Below are positions 57,485 to 64,000 of a stretch of 64,000 nucleotides of DNA, piece by piece. A program made the position numbers and the translations under genes. The DNA is from a virus. How positions within the stretch are numbered: position 1 is the stretch's first letter; each line of letters starts with the position of its first letter. The notes under the pieces are model-generated. The model was not told where the DNA came from. It made no database searches and saw nothing but the letters and a program-made list of their open reading frames with translations. The DNA is taken from the IMG/VR virus record IMGVR_UViG_3300047382_000480, positions 74,661 to 138,660 of that record. One strand, written 5' to 3'.

Positions 57485-58309
57485 ATGTCTGCACAAAAAG
57501 GTTTTGAATACGAAAAGAATCTGTATACCGCACTAAAGAGTTGCGGTATTGCTGGTGGCAACCCACCTGCAGGCGCAGAAAGTGATAGACCAGACCTAGA
57601 AATAAAATTAGTTAAAAGCCGAGATACCCAAACAGAAGGTGCTGAGTTGAAACTAGCACCAACCGCTGGCGGTAGTTTAGTGATGAAGTATAATAAGGGC
57701 AAATGGATGTTTGACCCAAAGGCTGCAAGGGATAAAGAAAAGGCATTTATGATGCAGGTTGCAACAAAAGCAAACCTCCTCAGAGAAATGAATACAAGCG
57801 GAACTTATGGGACAAACTGGAGGGGAAAGACACCATTCCTTCAGAATGACGATCTAGGAAGAAAGGTACTGGCTGAAGGGGTTACAAATAAACGCCAAGC
57901 ATATGAAAAAGATATAAAACAGTTTGGTGGTCAAAACGAAGTAAAGATACCAGTCCCAGCAAAGGTGATGTGTGACTACTATAATTTAAAAGATACGCAC
58001 TATCTTAATGTAGCATCACACGGATTCTTTCTGATGAATACCAAAGATCCACTAAAATTAAATCAAGGTATCTCAGGAAGACCAATCCCCGACTTTGCAA
58101 ACTCAGCAACTCTGAAGATAAGAGTTCGATGTCAATATAAGGGGAGCGGAGATTATCAGTTCGTAATGACTCTGGAGTTTGGCGGTGTTACTGCGTCGCC
58201 ATATAATATTGGTCCAATCCTCAGCAAAACTAATGTTCAGATTGATAAACGAGCATTATTTAATGACCAAAACAAACCCCTTCTTGATCAATTCGGTTAC
58301 AATAAGTAG
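57485..58309 (+). CDS. Putative PD-(D/E)XK nuclease-fold protein
   Basis: GFEYE ... RPDLEI ... AELK pattern. Confidence 0.5.
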   Translation: MSAQKGFEYEKNLYTALKSCGIAGGNPPAGAESDRPDLEIKLVKSRDTQTEGAELKLAPTAGGSLVMKYNKGKWMFDPKAARDKEKAFMMQVATKANLLREMNTSGTYGTNWRGKTPFLQNDDLGRKVLAEGVTNKRQAYEKDIKQFGGQNEVKIPVPAKVMCDYYNLKDTHYLNVASHGFFLMNTKDPLKLNQGISGRPIPDFANSATLKIRVRCQYKGSGDYQFVMTLEFGGVTASPYNIGPILSKTNVQIDKRALFNDQNKPLLDQFGYNK

Positions 58310-58310
58310 A

Positions 58311-58682
58311 TTATTTTCGAGTAAATTTTTCTTTGTTTCTCTTCATCCGAGAGAGTAACATCTTTCTCTGAAACGTCCACTGATCTTTTGCAGCATACTC
58401 ACAACGTATCCATAATATCTTTCTATTAACAAAGAACGTGGGCATATGAAAAGCATTCCCGAAATGAAATGCAATATATGGGACTCTGTGTGATCGATAA
58501 CCACTAATCATCCCAAATGAAATGAACGGCAACTTAATGCCTCTGAATCTTGATACACGATAGAAAGAGTTTATATACCAACCCTGCTCTACCCATTTCT
58601 TTCTTACAATATGACACGGATGGAACTCATTATAGTCTCCACTCGGATAATGTGTACTGTGAAAGAAGTAATGTTTTTCCAT
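58311..58682 (-). CDS. Hypothetical basic, aromatic-rich protein
   Basis: Likely ATG at 58682 (MEKHYF...); lies directly after a terminator. Confidence 0.5.
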   Translation of the reverse strand: MEKHYFFHSTHYPSGDYNEFHPCHIVRKKWVEQGWYINSFYRVSRFRGIKLPFISFGMISGYRSHRVPYIAFHFGNAFHMPTFFVNRKILWIRCEYAAKDQWTFQRKMLLSRMKRNKEKFTRK

Positions 58683-58683
58683 T

Positions 58684-58710
58684 AAAAATCGGGGAGACCG
58701 AAGTCTCCCC
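58684..58710 (-). terminator. Rho-independent terminator with cUUCGg loop
   Basis: Minus strand GGGGAGAC-TTCG-GTCTCCCC-GATTTTT. Confidence 0.88.
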
Positions 58711-58718
58711 ATTCCAAA

Positions 58719-58988
58719 CTACTGAGCTAGAGCAGCATAACCAGCAGCAACAACTGCTCTGGTTGGTTGACCTAGACGATAGAAGTCAGACTTCGCACGA
58801 CCACGAGAACCTTTGCGACCTTCGTTCAGATGGATTGCATAACCTTTACGACGAAGTGCATAAACCACATTGTGTGGGTTTGCAACACCGAATCGTGAAG
58901 AGATTTGTGAAGCGGTAAGTGTATCACCCTTCATGAATGTCGCTAAAGCGCGATCTTGTGCAGTTGCTTTGTTCATAAGTTTCTCCAT
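58719..58988 (-). CDS. Small winged-helix DNA-binding protein
   Basis: G.TLTASQI..RFGVANP...VY.LRRKGY.I, YRLG.P; GGAG SD. Confidence 0.7.
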   Translation of the reverse strand: MEKLMNKATAQDRALATFMKGDTLTASQISSRFGVANPHNVVYALRRKGYAIHLNEGRKGSRGRAKSDFYRLGQPTRAVVAAGYAALAQ

Positions 58989-59063
58989 AATAAAAAGTTA
59001 AAACAACATTTTGGTTTTTACGTCTTGCGACGATCAGCCACCACTGGCTAATTCAGTTTACAT

Positions 59064-59507
59064 CTAGAAAGGAATGTGATCTTTGGCTTCTTCGATCTCA
59101 ACTTCGTTCCAGATGAAAGTTTCAATTTCGTCACTCTCGTATCCAAACTCCTCGAGAATCTCACTGACGAAATCTTCACCTTCTTCATATTTCTCTTGAA
59201 TCTTTTCTTCGTCTGGATTATCTCCATAGAACTCAAGGTCTTCAGAAACACCATCCCAGCACTCAGCGAACTCGCATTCTTCAAACCCATCAGGTTCAAA
59301 GTATTCGCCTTCCTTCTGCTCTAGGATATCTTTCAAATCTTGAACCTCGTCTTCATTCTGAGGTGTAATAATAACAGAACCACTACGCCACAAAACACGG
59401 ACACCAATAGTCTTTTTATTCTCATCGTTTCGCCAAAACTCACATTGCTCAAAAGACTTTTTGTATTTTGGTCCAACTTCGTAACTTTTACCAATTTCAA
59501 TTTTCAT
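59064..59507 (-). CDS. Acidic hypothetical protein (paralog of 41427-41852)
   Basis: MKIEIGKSYEVGPKYKKS...WRSGSVIITP; start reassigned to the second Met. Confidence 0.75.
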   Translation of the reverse strand: MKIEIGKSYEVGPKYKKSFEQCEFWRNDENKKTIGVRVLWRSGSVIITPQNEDEVQDLKDILEQKEGEYFEPDGFEECEFAECWDGVSEDLEFYGDNPDEEKIQEKYEEGEDFVSEILEEFGYESDEIETFIWNEVEIEEAKDHIPF

Positions 59508-59511
59508 AAAA

Positions 59512-59754
59512 TCACCATCCAAGTTCTACTGCATTTCTGAGTAAGAATGTCAACCCAATACCATTAACCAGTATCAACGCACGATCTTTCCAAAGACAAG
59601 ATACCCAAAACCATCCTATGACACCAATAATTGAAAGAAAGAGATCTACATTCTCATAACCATATACACCACGAACGGACATAGCACCGACCATCATTAT
59701 GGATGCAAACCATTTAACATACCAGTCTAAAGTACCAGTATCTCTCTTAGACAT
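59512..59754 (-). CDS. Small membrane protein
   Basis: WYVKWFAS...GW.WV..LWKDRALI..N, about three hydrophobic segments. Confidence 0.75.
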   Translation of the reverse strand: MSKRDTGTLDWYVKWFASIMMVGAMSVRGVYGYENVDLFLSIIGVIGWFWVSCLWKDRALILVNGIGLTFLLRNAVELGW

Positions 59755-60187
59755 TAGAAAGTGCCTCGTTCATTACTCTTTCTTCTCGAGAATATGCATC
59801 AATCTCCCAAGGTTGGTCGGCATATGGCGTATTAACATATCTTTCTTTATCCCAGACAACTACATTTACTAGGCTCTGTGAGTCACCAGACTGTAGAAGT
59901 TGAAGACCAACATTCTCTAAGCGACCATCAATAATTTGTTGAGCGTGAATCATTTCGTGGGCAATGTTACGCATAACATCTTCGTCAGGAAGTTCTTCAC
60001 CTTGAACGTGAGTAGCAATCTCTATCTCTACGTCATCAGTGTCGCCATGGCAAAACCCACCAGCATCATAATCACACTTAGTCTTGAATTCAATTGTGAT
60101 ATCAGTCAACGAATCTTGAATGCCCAAAATCTCACCACAAGCGTGGATATAGTCTAGGTATTTTGTATCATCAACAGTATAAATCAT
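59747..60187 (-). CDS. Zinc metallopeptidase-like protein (HExxH)
   Basis: IAHEMIHAQQ and PWEIDAY. Confidence 0.8.
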   Translation of the reverse strand: MIYTVDDTKYLDYIHACGEILGIQDSLTDITIEFKTKCDYDAGGFCHGDTDDVEIEIATHVQGEELPDEDVMRNIAHEMIHAQQIIDGRLENVGLQLLQSGDSQSLVNVVVWDKERYVNTPYADQPWEIDAYSREERVMNEALSNV

Positions 60188-60215
60188 AACAAGTCCTCTC
60201 TCAACTTATATAACC

Positions 60216-60244
60216 ATTATACTACACTATTTCCAAAAAGTCAA
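60216..60244 (-). promoter_or_regulatory. Sigma70 early promoter
   Basis: TTGACT-N17-TATAAT with an upstream A-tract. Confidence 0.88.
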
Positions 60245-60277
60245 CACTTTTTTTAAAAAAATTAACAAACCCACTCT

Positions 60278-60285
60278 TATAAATA
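60278..60285 (+). promoter_or_regulatory. T4-type late promoter TATAAATA
   Basis: Exact consensus upstream of the GGAG SD and ATG at 60310. Confidence 0.75.
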
Positions 60286-60309
60286 ATGTAAACTGATTGG
60301 AGTACATTA

Positions 60310-60813
60310 ATGCCAACATATATAAAACAAACAACAACTGTTCACATACAAACTGTCGGTGGACCCTGTTTCTCTGGTGCTAACTTCACCAATGAAGAAA
60401 TCTGGGATATGTTCGCCTCTCTATATCCTCTCTATACTGGACACGGACCAAACACTCCTGAACACGAAGAATATTCTCGTTTGATTCTTAATAATCTAGG
60501 GAGCGACGAACAACATTGGAATCTCATTGCTACAGGTCAAGCGAGCGAAAGTGATCGCGGAGATTTGGACGAGTTAGATGCATACAATGCTGCAATTAAC
60601 AGCGGTGCTTATGTGTATGTGGAAAATATGCAACATCATACAACCAATGATTTCATAAGTTTCGATATAGTCGGATACTTCAGAGACGAAGAACACAAAA
60701 ATGAAGTTGGAAATTCTTTCACCTCTAGATCTCGGGAACAAGCCACAAGACACGGACTCAAAGTATCAGAAACAACTTGCGACTTCCACAAACCTTATCG
60801 GGATCCTATTTAG
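60310..60813 (+). CDS. Hypothetical late protein
   Basis: 167 aa with late promoter and SD. Confidence 0.7.
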   Translation: MPTYIKQTTTVHIQTVGGPCFSGANFTNEEIWDMFASLYPLYTGHGPNTPEHEEYSRLILNNLGSDEQHWNLIATGQASESDRGDLDELDAYNAAINSGAYVYVENMQHHTTNDFISFDIVGYFRDEEHKNEVGNSFTSRSREQATRHGLKVSETTCDFHKPYRDPI

Positions 60814-61009
60814 GGTAATACCCATGATCTGCGCAGAAGTAGTCTAGCCACTGGATTGCAGAACTTCTATCAGAAGTCTCCAAAGTTTCGCCAGTCTCCT
60901 TTTGCGCAGTATCTAGAATCACAACCAAGTCAACATCTGTTCCCATATCTTCTTGAAGAATCAAATGTTCTGCAAACTCACAAACTCGTTCAAACCGATT
61001 GTTCATCAA
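60806..61009 (-). CDS. Hypothetical protein
   Basis: AAGGAGAG SD upstream. Confidence 0.65.
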   Translation of the reverse strand: MMNNRFERVCEFAEHLILQEDMGTDVDLVVILDTAQKETGETLETSDRSSAIQWLDYFCADHGYYPK

Positions 61010-61016
61010 ACTCTCC

Positions 61017-61517
61017 TTAAATTAGACGCTCACCATGTGAAGTAATCTCAGTCATAGAAAGAGAAGCACCCAAACGAGGGTCTTTATTCTTACTACCATT
61101 AGACATACGCTCATAGGCACGCTTCAGTTTTGGCGTAAGAAGTTTAAGAACATCTTCACCTGACAACTTCCATAACTCAACAACTTTACCACCCTCGTAG
61201 CGAGCATGATAATGATTCTTATATTTGGCGATCTTTTCTTTACGCAGATAATTTAATTGTTTGCGCCAAGTTGGTTGTACAGAGATCGCATTGTATGTTG
61301 CGTTAATACGAGGAGCAATGGTAGACTTATACTCACAACCACCATCTTCATCATAACCATCCGCACCAGACAACGTGTCACTTACTGTGTGACCAAGTAA
61401 ACCAGCCATATGAATCTCTTTGGATCGAGCATATGAGAAGGGATCGCCCCAACCATTTGTTTCACAAAGATCAAACATCTCTTCATACAGTTTACGAAAT
61501 TTCATTTCAGCAGTCAT
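61017..61517 (-). CDS. Putative restriction-endonuclease-like PD-(D/E)XK protein
   Basis: E...GADGYDEDGGCEYKST motif; own early promoter. Confidence 0.6.
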   Translation of the reverse strand: MTAEMKFRKLYEEMFDLCETNGWGDPFSYARSKEIHMAGLLGHTVSDTLSGADGYDEDGGCEYKSTIAPRINATYNAISVQPTWRKQLNYLRKEKIAKYKNHYHARYEGGKVVELWKLSGEDVLKLLTPKLKRAYERMSNGSKNKDPRLGASLSMTEITSHGERLI

Positions 61518-61549
61518 AACAAGTCCTCACTCTCATTAATTATACAACC

Positions 61550-61578
61550 ATTGTACTACATTTCAAACCAAAAGTCAA
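61550..61578 (-). promoter_or_regulatory. Sigma70 early promoter
   Basis: TTGACT-N17-TACAAT. Confidence 0.82.
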
Positions 61579-61583
61579 CAGTT

Positions 61584-62258
61584 TTATGCGCCAACAAAAT
61601 CTCTCCAGAGTTCAACAGCTTCGTCAAGATCCGCCACCTTGAATGAAACCCAAGGATCCGCACCAGTACCCTCACCATACAATTCAAGATCAGAACAGCG
61701 TTTCTTGATTTGCTTGATGACGTGAGCACGTTGCCTACCTTTGAATCGAACAGAGATTACATCCTCTGTGTTTGTCGCATCACACTTAATAACGCAACAC
61801 AACCCATCAATAGATGTTGACTCTACCTCAAAAGTTCTCCCTCGAGAACTCATCAATCCGTTGAATTGAGAAATGACAGGGCGAGTGGAAACAAACACAT
61901 AAAGTTCCTCCCACATCTTGCGCTGATCATCCTGATGTTTTTCAAATAATCCCTCGAAACGTGACATAATATAAGTATCCTCTTGATATCTTCCCTTCAC
62001 TGAATTCAGTTCGGGTTTAAAAAAGTGTATTAAAAATGCTTCCATTGAAAACTGAGCAGGATCGTTTTTCTCGTCATAGCGTTCAAGATTCCGAGCAATC
62101 ACATAGCAATTTGTCCATTCGAGTTGTTTGTCCTCAACGTGGTCATATGCTCGTGCACCTGAACCCTTTCCGATGTAATCCCAACCCTCACCATCTGGGT
62201 TTTTATAACCATAGATGTATTTGCCGAGTGTCTTAAAGAACTCGTTAGATGGCTTCAT
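61584..62258 (-). CDS. GIY-YIG (LEM-3-like) nuclease-domain protein
   Basis: YIYG...YIGKG.G.R...H...E..LI......N. Confidence 0.7.
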   Translation of the reverse strand: MKPSNEFFKTLGKYIYGYKNPDGEGWDYIGKGSGARAYDHVEDKQLEWTNCYVIARNLERYDEKNDPAQFSMEAFLIHFFKPELNSVKGRYQEDTYIMSRFEGLFEKHQDDQRKMWEELYVFVSTRPVISQFNGLMSSRGRTFEVESTSIDGLCCVIKCDATNTEDVISVRFKGRQRAHVIKQIKKRCSDLELYGEGTGADPWVSFKVADLDEAVELWRDFVGA

Positions 62259-62578
62259 CGTCCAATATCTCTCACACTAGACTTGCCGATTACCTGATAC
62301 GCACCCTTATTATAAGCGGGAGCAACAGTAAAGTTCTTACTCTCTTTCACTTTCCACGAAGTGTCGGCACTCGCAGAGTCTGCTCGCTGCATCCCAATGT
62401 CTGCCGAAGGATACTTTTCTCTGTGAGCATCAGTCGCACGAGATCGAGCGATCTCGGTGGGCGACACCTCCATCGGTTTAAAGTCAGTCTTTTTGGCTCG
62501 CACAGCAGAGGGTTTCGTCTTGCTCTTTCGCTTTCTGCCATGCATATCGTAGCGCAAACTACCACTTAGATTGATCAT
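62255..62578 (-). CDS. Conserved basic hypothetical phage protein
   Basis: GSLRYD..GRKRK, YPS, TVAPAYNKGAYQVI...DIGR. Confidence 0.75.
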   Translation of the reverse strand: MINLSGSLRYDMHGRKRKSKTKPSAVRAKKTDFKPMEVSPTEIARSRATDAHREKYPSADIGMQRADSASADTSWKVKESKNFTVAPAYNKGAYQVIGKSSVRDIGR

Positions 62579-62754
62579 GCCTCCACCTCTTTCACTGCGA
62601 AATATTCCTCAGTCAAACGATGAAATGAAAGAAGTGCAGTACCGCTCCGACTCATGGAACTGTGAGAGTGAGCAACGAGTTTCTCGTCAATCTCAAGCAA
62701 CGCAGCACGTGAACACATATTAGTTACAACACCCAACGATAATATAAGACCCAT
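62575..62754 (-). CDS. Small hypothetical protein
   Basis: 59 aa, GAGG SD, overlaps the next gene's start. Confidence 0.55.
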   Translation of the reverse strand: MGLILSLGVVTNMCSRAALLEIDEKLVAHSHSSMSRSGTALLSFHRLTEEYFAVKEVEA

Positions 62755-62761
62755 AACATCC

Positions 62762-62929
62762 TCACTTAGTGTATTTCAAACAATCTCGTAATTCTTCCAA
62801 GACATCCACATTCTCTTTCGTAGCAAGAGTAGCAATCAAAGACTCTAGATAACCAATGTAGTAGTCATTTGTAGGAGACCTATCACGAAGAACACTTAGC
62901 ATTTCAAGCGCATTTTCTCTCGCTTCCAT
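62762..62929 (-). CDS. Small hypothetical protein
   Basis: 55 aa MEARENALEML..., AGGAG SD. Confidence 0.6.
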   Translation of the reverse strand: MEARENALEMLSVLRDRSPTNDYYIGYLESLIATLATKENVDVLEELRDCLKYTK

Positions 62930-63108
62930 TATCCATTCTCCTGATAAACCATAAAGTCAAGACGATCTTGAACAAGCTGATCAACCATATCGTCTAGTAT
63001 TGGACCAAGATCAGAATCTTTTAACTCAACGAGAAAGTCAGAAACTGACATAGAAAGAACATCCTGTACCATCTCATCTTCCTTGCGTTCCATAAATTCA
63101 TTACTCAT
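62929..63108 (-). CDS. Small acidic hypothetical protein
   Basis: 59 aa MSNEFMERKED..., GGAGG SD, TAATG coupling. Confidence 0.6.
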   Translation of the reverse strand: MSNEFMERKEDEMVQDVLSMSVSDFLVELKDSDLGPILDDMVDQLVQDRLDFMVYQENG

Positions 63109-63299
63109 TATACTACCTCCAAAAATCTAGAATCACGACTCATATCTCTCGCTTCTAAAGGGCGATGATTTACAAGATCCCAAAAATACTTGTCTATTAC
63201 AGAGAACGATAACAAAGGAGCAACCCACTCTGTTCCATCTTCAAATGAAACGTAAGTCATCTCACTCTTCAGCGCACTTTCAAGGATATCTAAACTCAT
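63108..63299 (-). CDS. Small hypothetical early protein
   Basis: ATG at 63299 behind a promoter cassette. Confidence 0.6.
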   Translation of the reverse strand: MSLDILESALKSEMTYVSFEDGTEWVAPLLSFSVIDKYFWDLVNHRPLEARDMSRDSRFLEVV

Positions 63300-63332
63300 A
63301 ATCAACTCTCTCTTTATCAATTCAATACAAGT

Positions 63333-63360
63333 ATTATACTACAGTAGAGATAAAAAGCAA
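63333..63360 (-). promoter_or_regulatory. Sigma70 early promoter (variant)
   Basis: TTGCTT-N16-TATAAT, sharing the TGTAGTATAAT..TTGTAT core with the other cassettes. Confidence 0.7.
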
Positions 63361-63532
63361 CAATTATTTTAGAATAAAAGCAACTTTCTATAGAACGAAA
63401 AGTTATTGAAAAACCTCTCGGGATGTAAAAATGCCTCGGAAAAAAATTTTGAAGAAAACACATATAAGTCCGTGCGTATATACCCTTGTAAGAGACGCCA
63501 GACTCTCGAGCTTCCCAAGTTCCAGACGCCCC

Positions 63533-63727
63533 TTATCCCGAGACGATCCGACCCTTATCGATCCACACGAGTTCCTTAAACTTCTCCTCGAATGTGTAGC
63601 CACTTACTGTGAACCCCACATCGTGTAACTCTCTGAGAGCGAACTTAACAGCTTCCTTCGCAGTGTCAAAGGAGTACCATTTAAGACAAGCAGCACCGCT
63701 ATTGGCGAGTCGTACCTCATACTTCAT
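63533..63727 (-). CDS. Small hypothetical protein
   Basis: 64 aa, AGGAG SD. Confidence 0.6.
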   Translation of the reverse strand: MKYEVRLANSGAACLKWYSFDTAKEAVKFALRELHDVGFTVSGYTFEEKFKELVWIDKGRIVSG

Positions 63728-63950
63728 CGGAAATTCTCCTTTCTTCGAGCACTTCTATTATCTCATCCCACAGAGCATCAGCGTGTTCTCTTGCAGAACG
63801 AACAATCTCAACGGAATCTTCTATCGGAGCAGGAACTCGAGTACCATCAGCGAGTACGATATCGTCGTCACTCCCAATCTCGACCACACGTTCGAATGCT
63901 TCTCTGTCTTTTAACTGGACGAAATCACCTTCAAATACTATCATGAGCAC
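63717..63950 (-). CDS. Small acidic hypothetical protein
   Basis: 77 aa, overlaps the next gene's start. Confidence 0.6.
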   Translation of the reverse strand: MLMIVFEGDFVQLKDREAFERVVEIGSDDDIVLADGTRVPAPIEDSVEIVRSAREHADALWDEIIEVLEERRISDEV

Positions 63951-64000
63951 ATCGCCTCAGCAATAGACTCAGGATCAGACTCAGCGTTCTTCCACTCATT

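Noticed and set aside
55655-58309. Cyclase plus nuclease as a Pycsar/CBASS-like defence system
   Set aside because: The cyclase is a membrane CHASE2 sensor type with adenine-selecting residues, and the downstream gene has no evident cyclic-nucleotide sensor domain and has its own late box.
63403-63914. ORFs 63403-63603, 63431-63628 and 63609-63914
   Set aside because: They overlap better-supported minus-strand genes or non-coding sequence, with no SD or motif support.

Overview
This window is a 64-kb segment of a large, AT-rich, marine-type T4-like myovirus genome. No photosynthesis genes, tRNAs or CRISPR array were seen. From left to right: a >1450-aa tail-fibre-like ORF running off the window, with an 11x51-bp internal tandem repeat; a glycosylation island (paralogous GT-A glycosyltransferases, FkbM and a second methyltransferase-fold protein, an oxygenase-like protein); a baseplate/tail module (YxG-repeat protein, fibres, DUF4815 protein, gp8, gp7, gp6, PAAR, gp25, gp5, gp27-like, gp53, gp48, gp4, gp2, gp54-like, gp26, gp51, gp29-like); gp32, gp59, gp33, an exonuclease and PhoH; a second modification island (carbamoyltransferase, two SGNH proteins, GT-like, epimerase, radical SAM, GT2, methyltransferase-fold); a late-promoter operon encoding two small membrane proteins, CsgF, CsgG, a curlin-like protein, a FecR-domain protein and a CHASE2 class III nucleotide cyclase; and an early region of small ORFs behind repeated sigma70 promoter cassettes. 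The strongest leads are the curli-secretion plus cyclase operon, a likely -1 frameshift joining gp26 to gp51, a riboswitch-like leader before an unannotated YRG-repeat peptide, and a Tyr-x-Gly repeat virion protein beside the glycosylation island. Product calls rest on recognised motifs and synteny; no database search was run.
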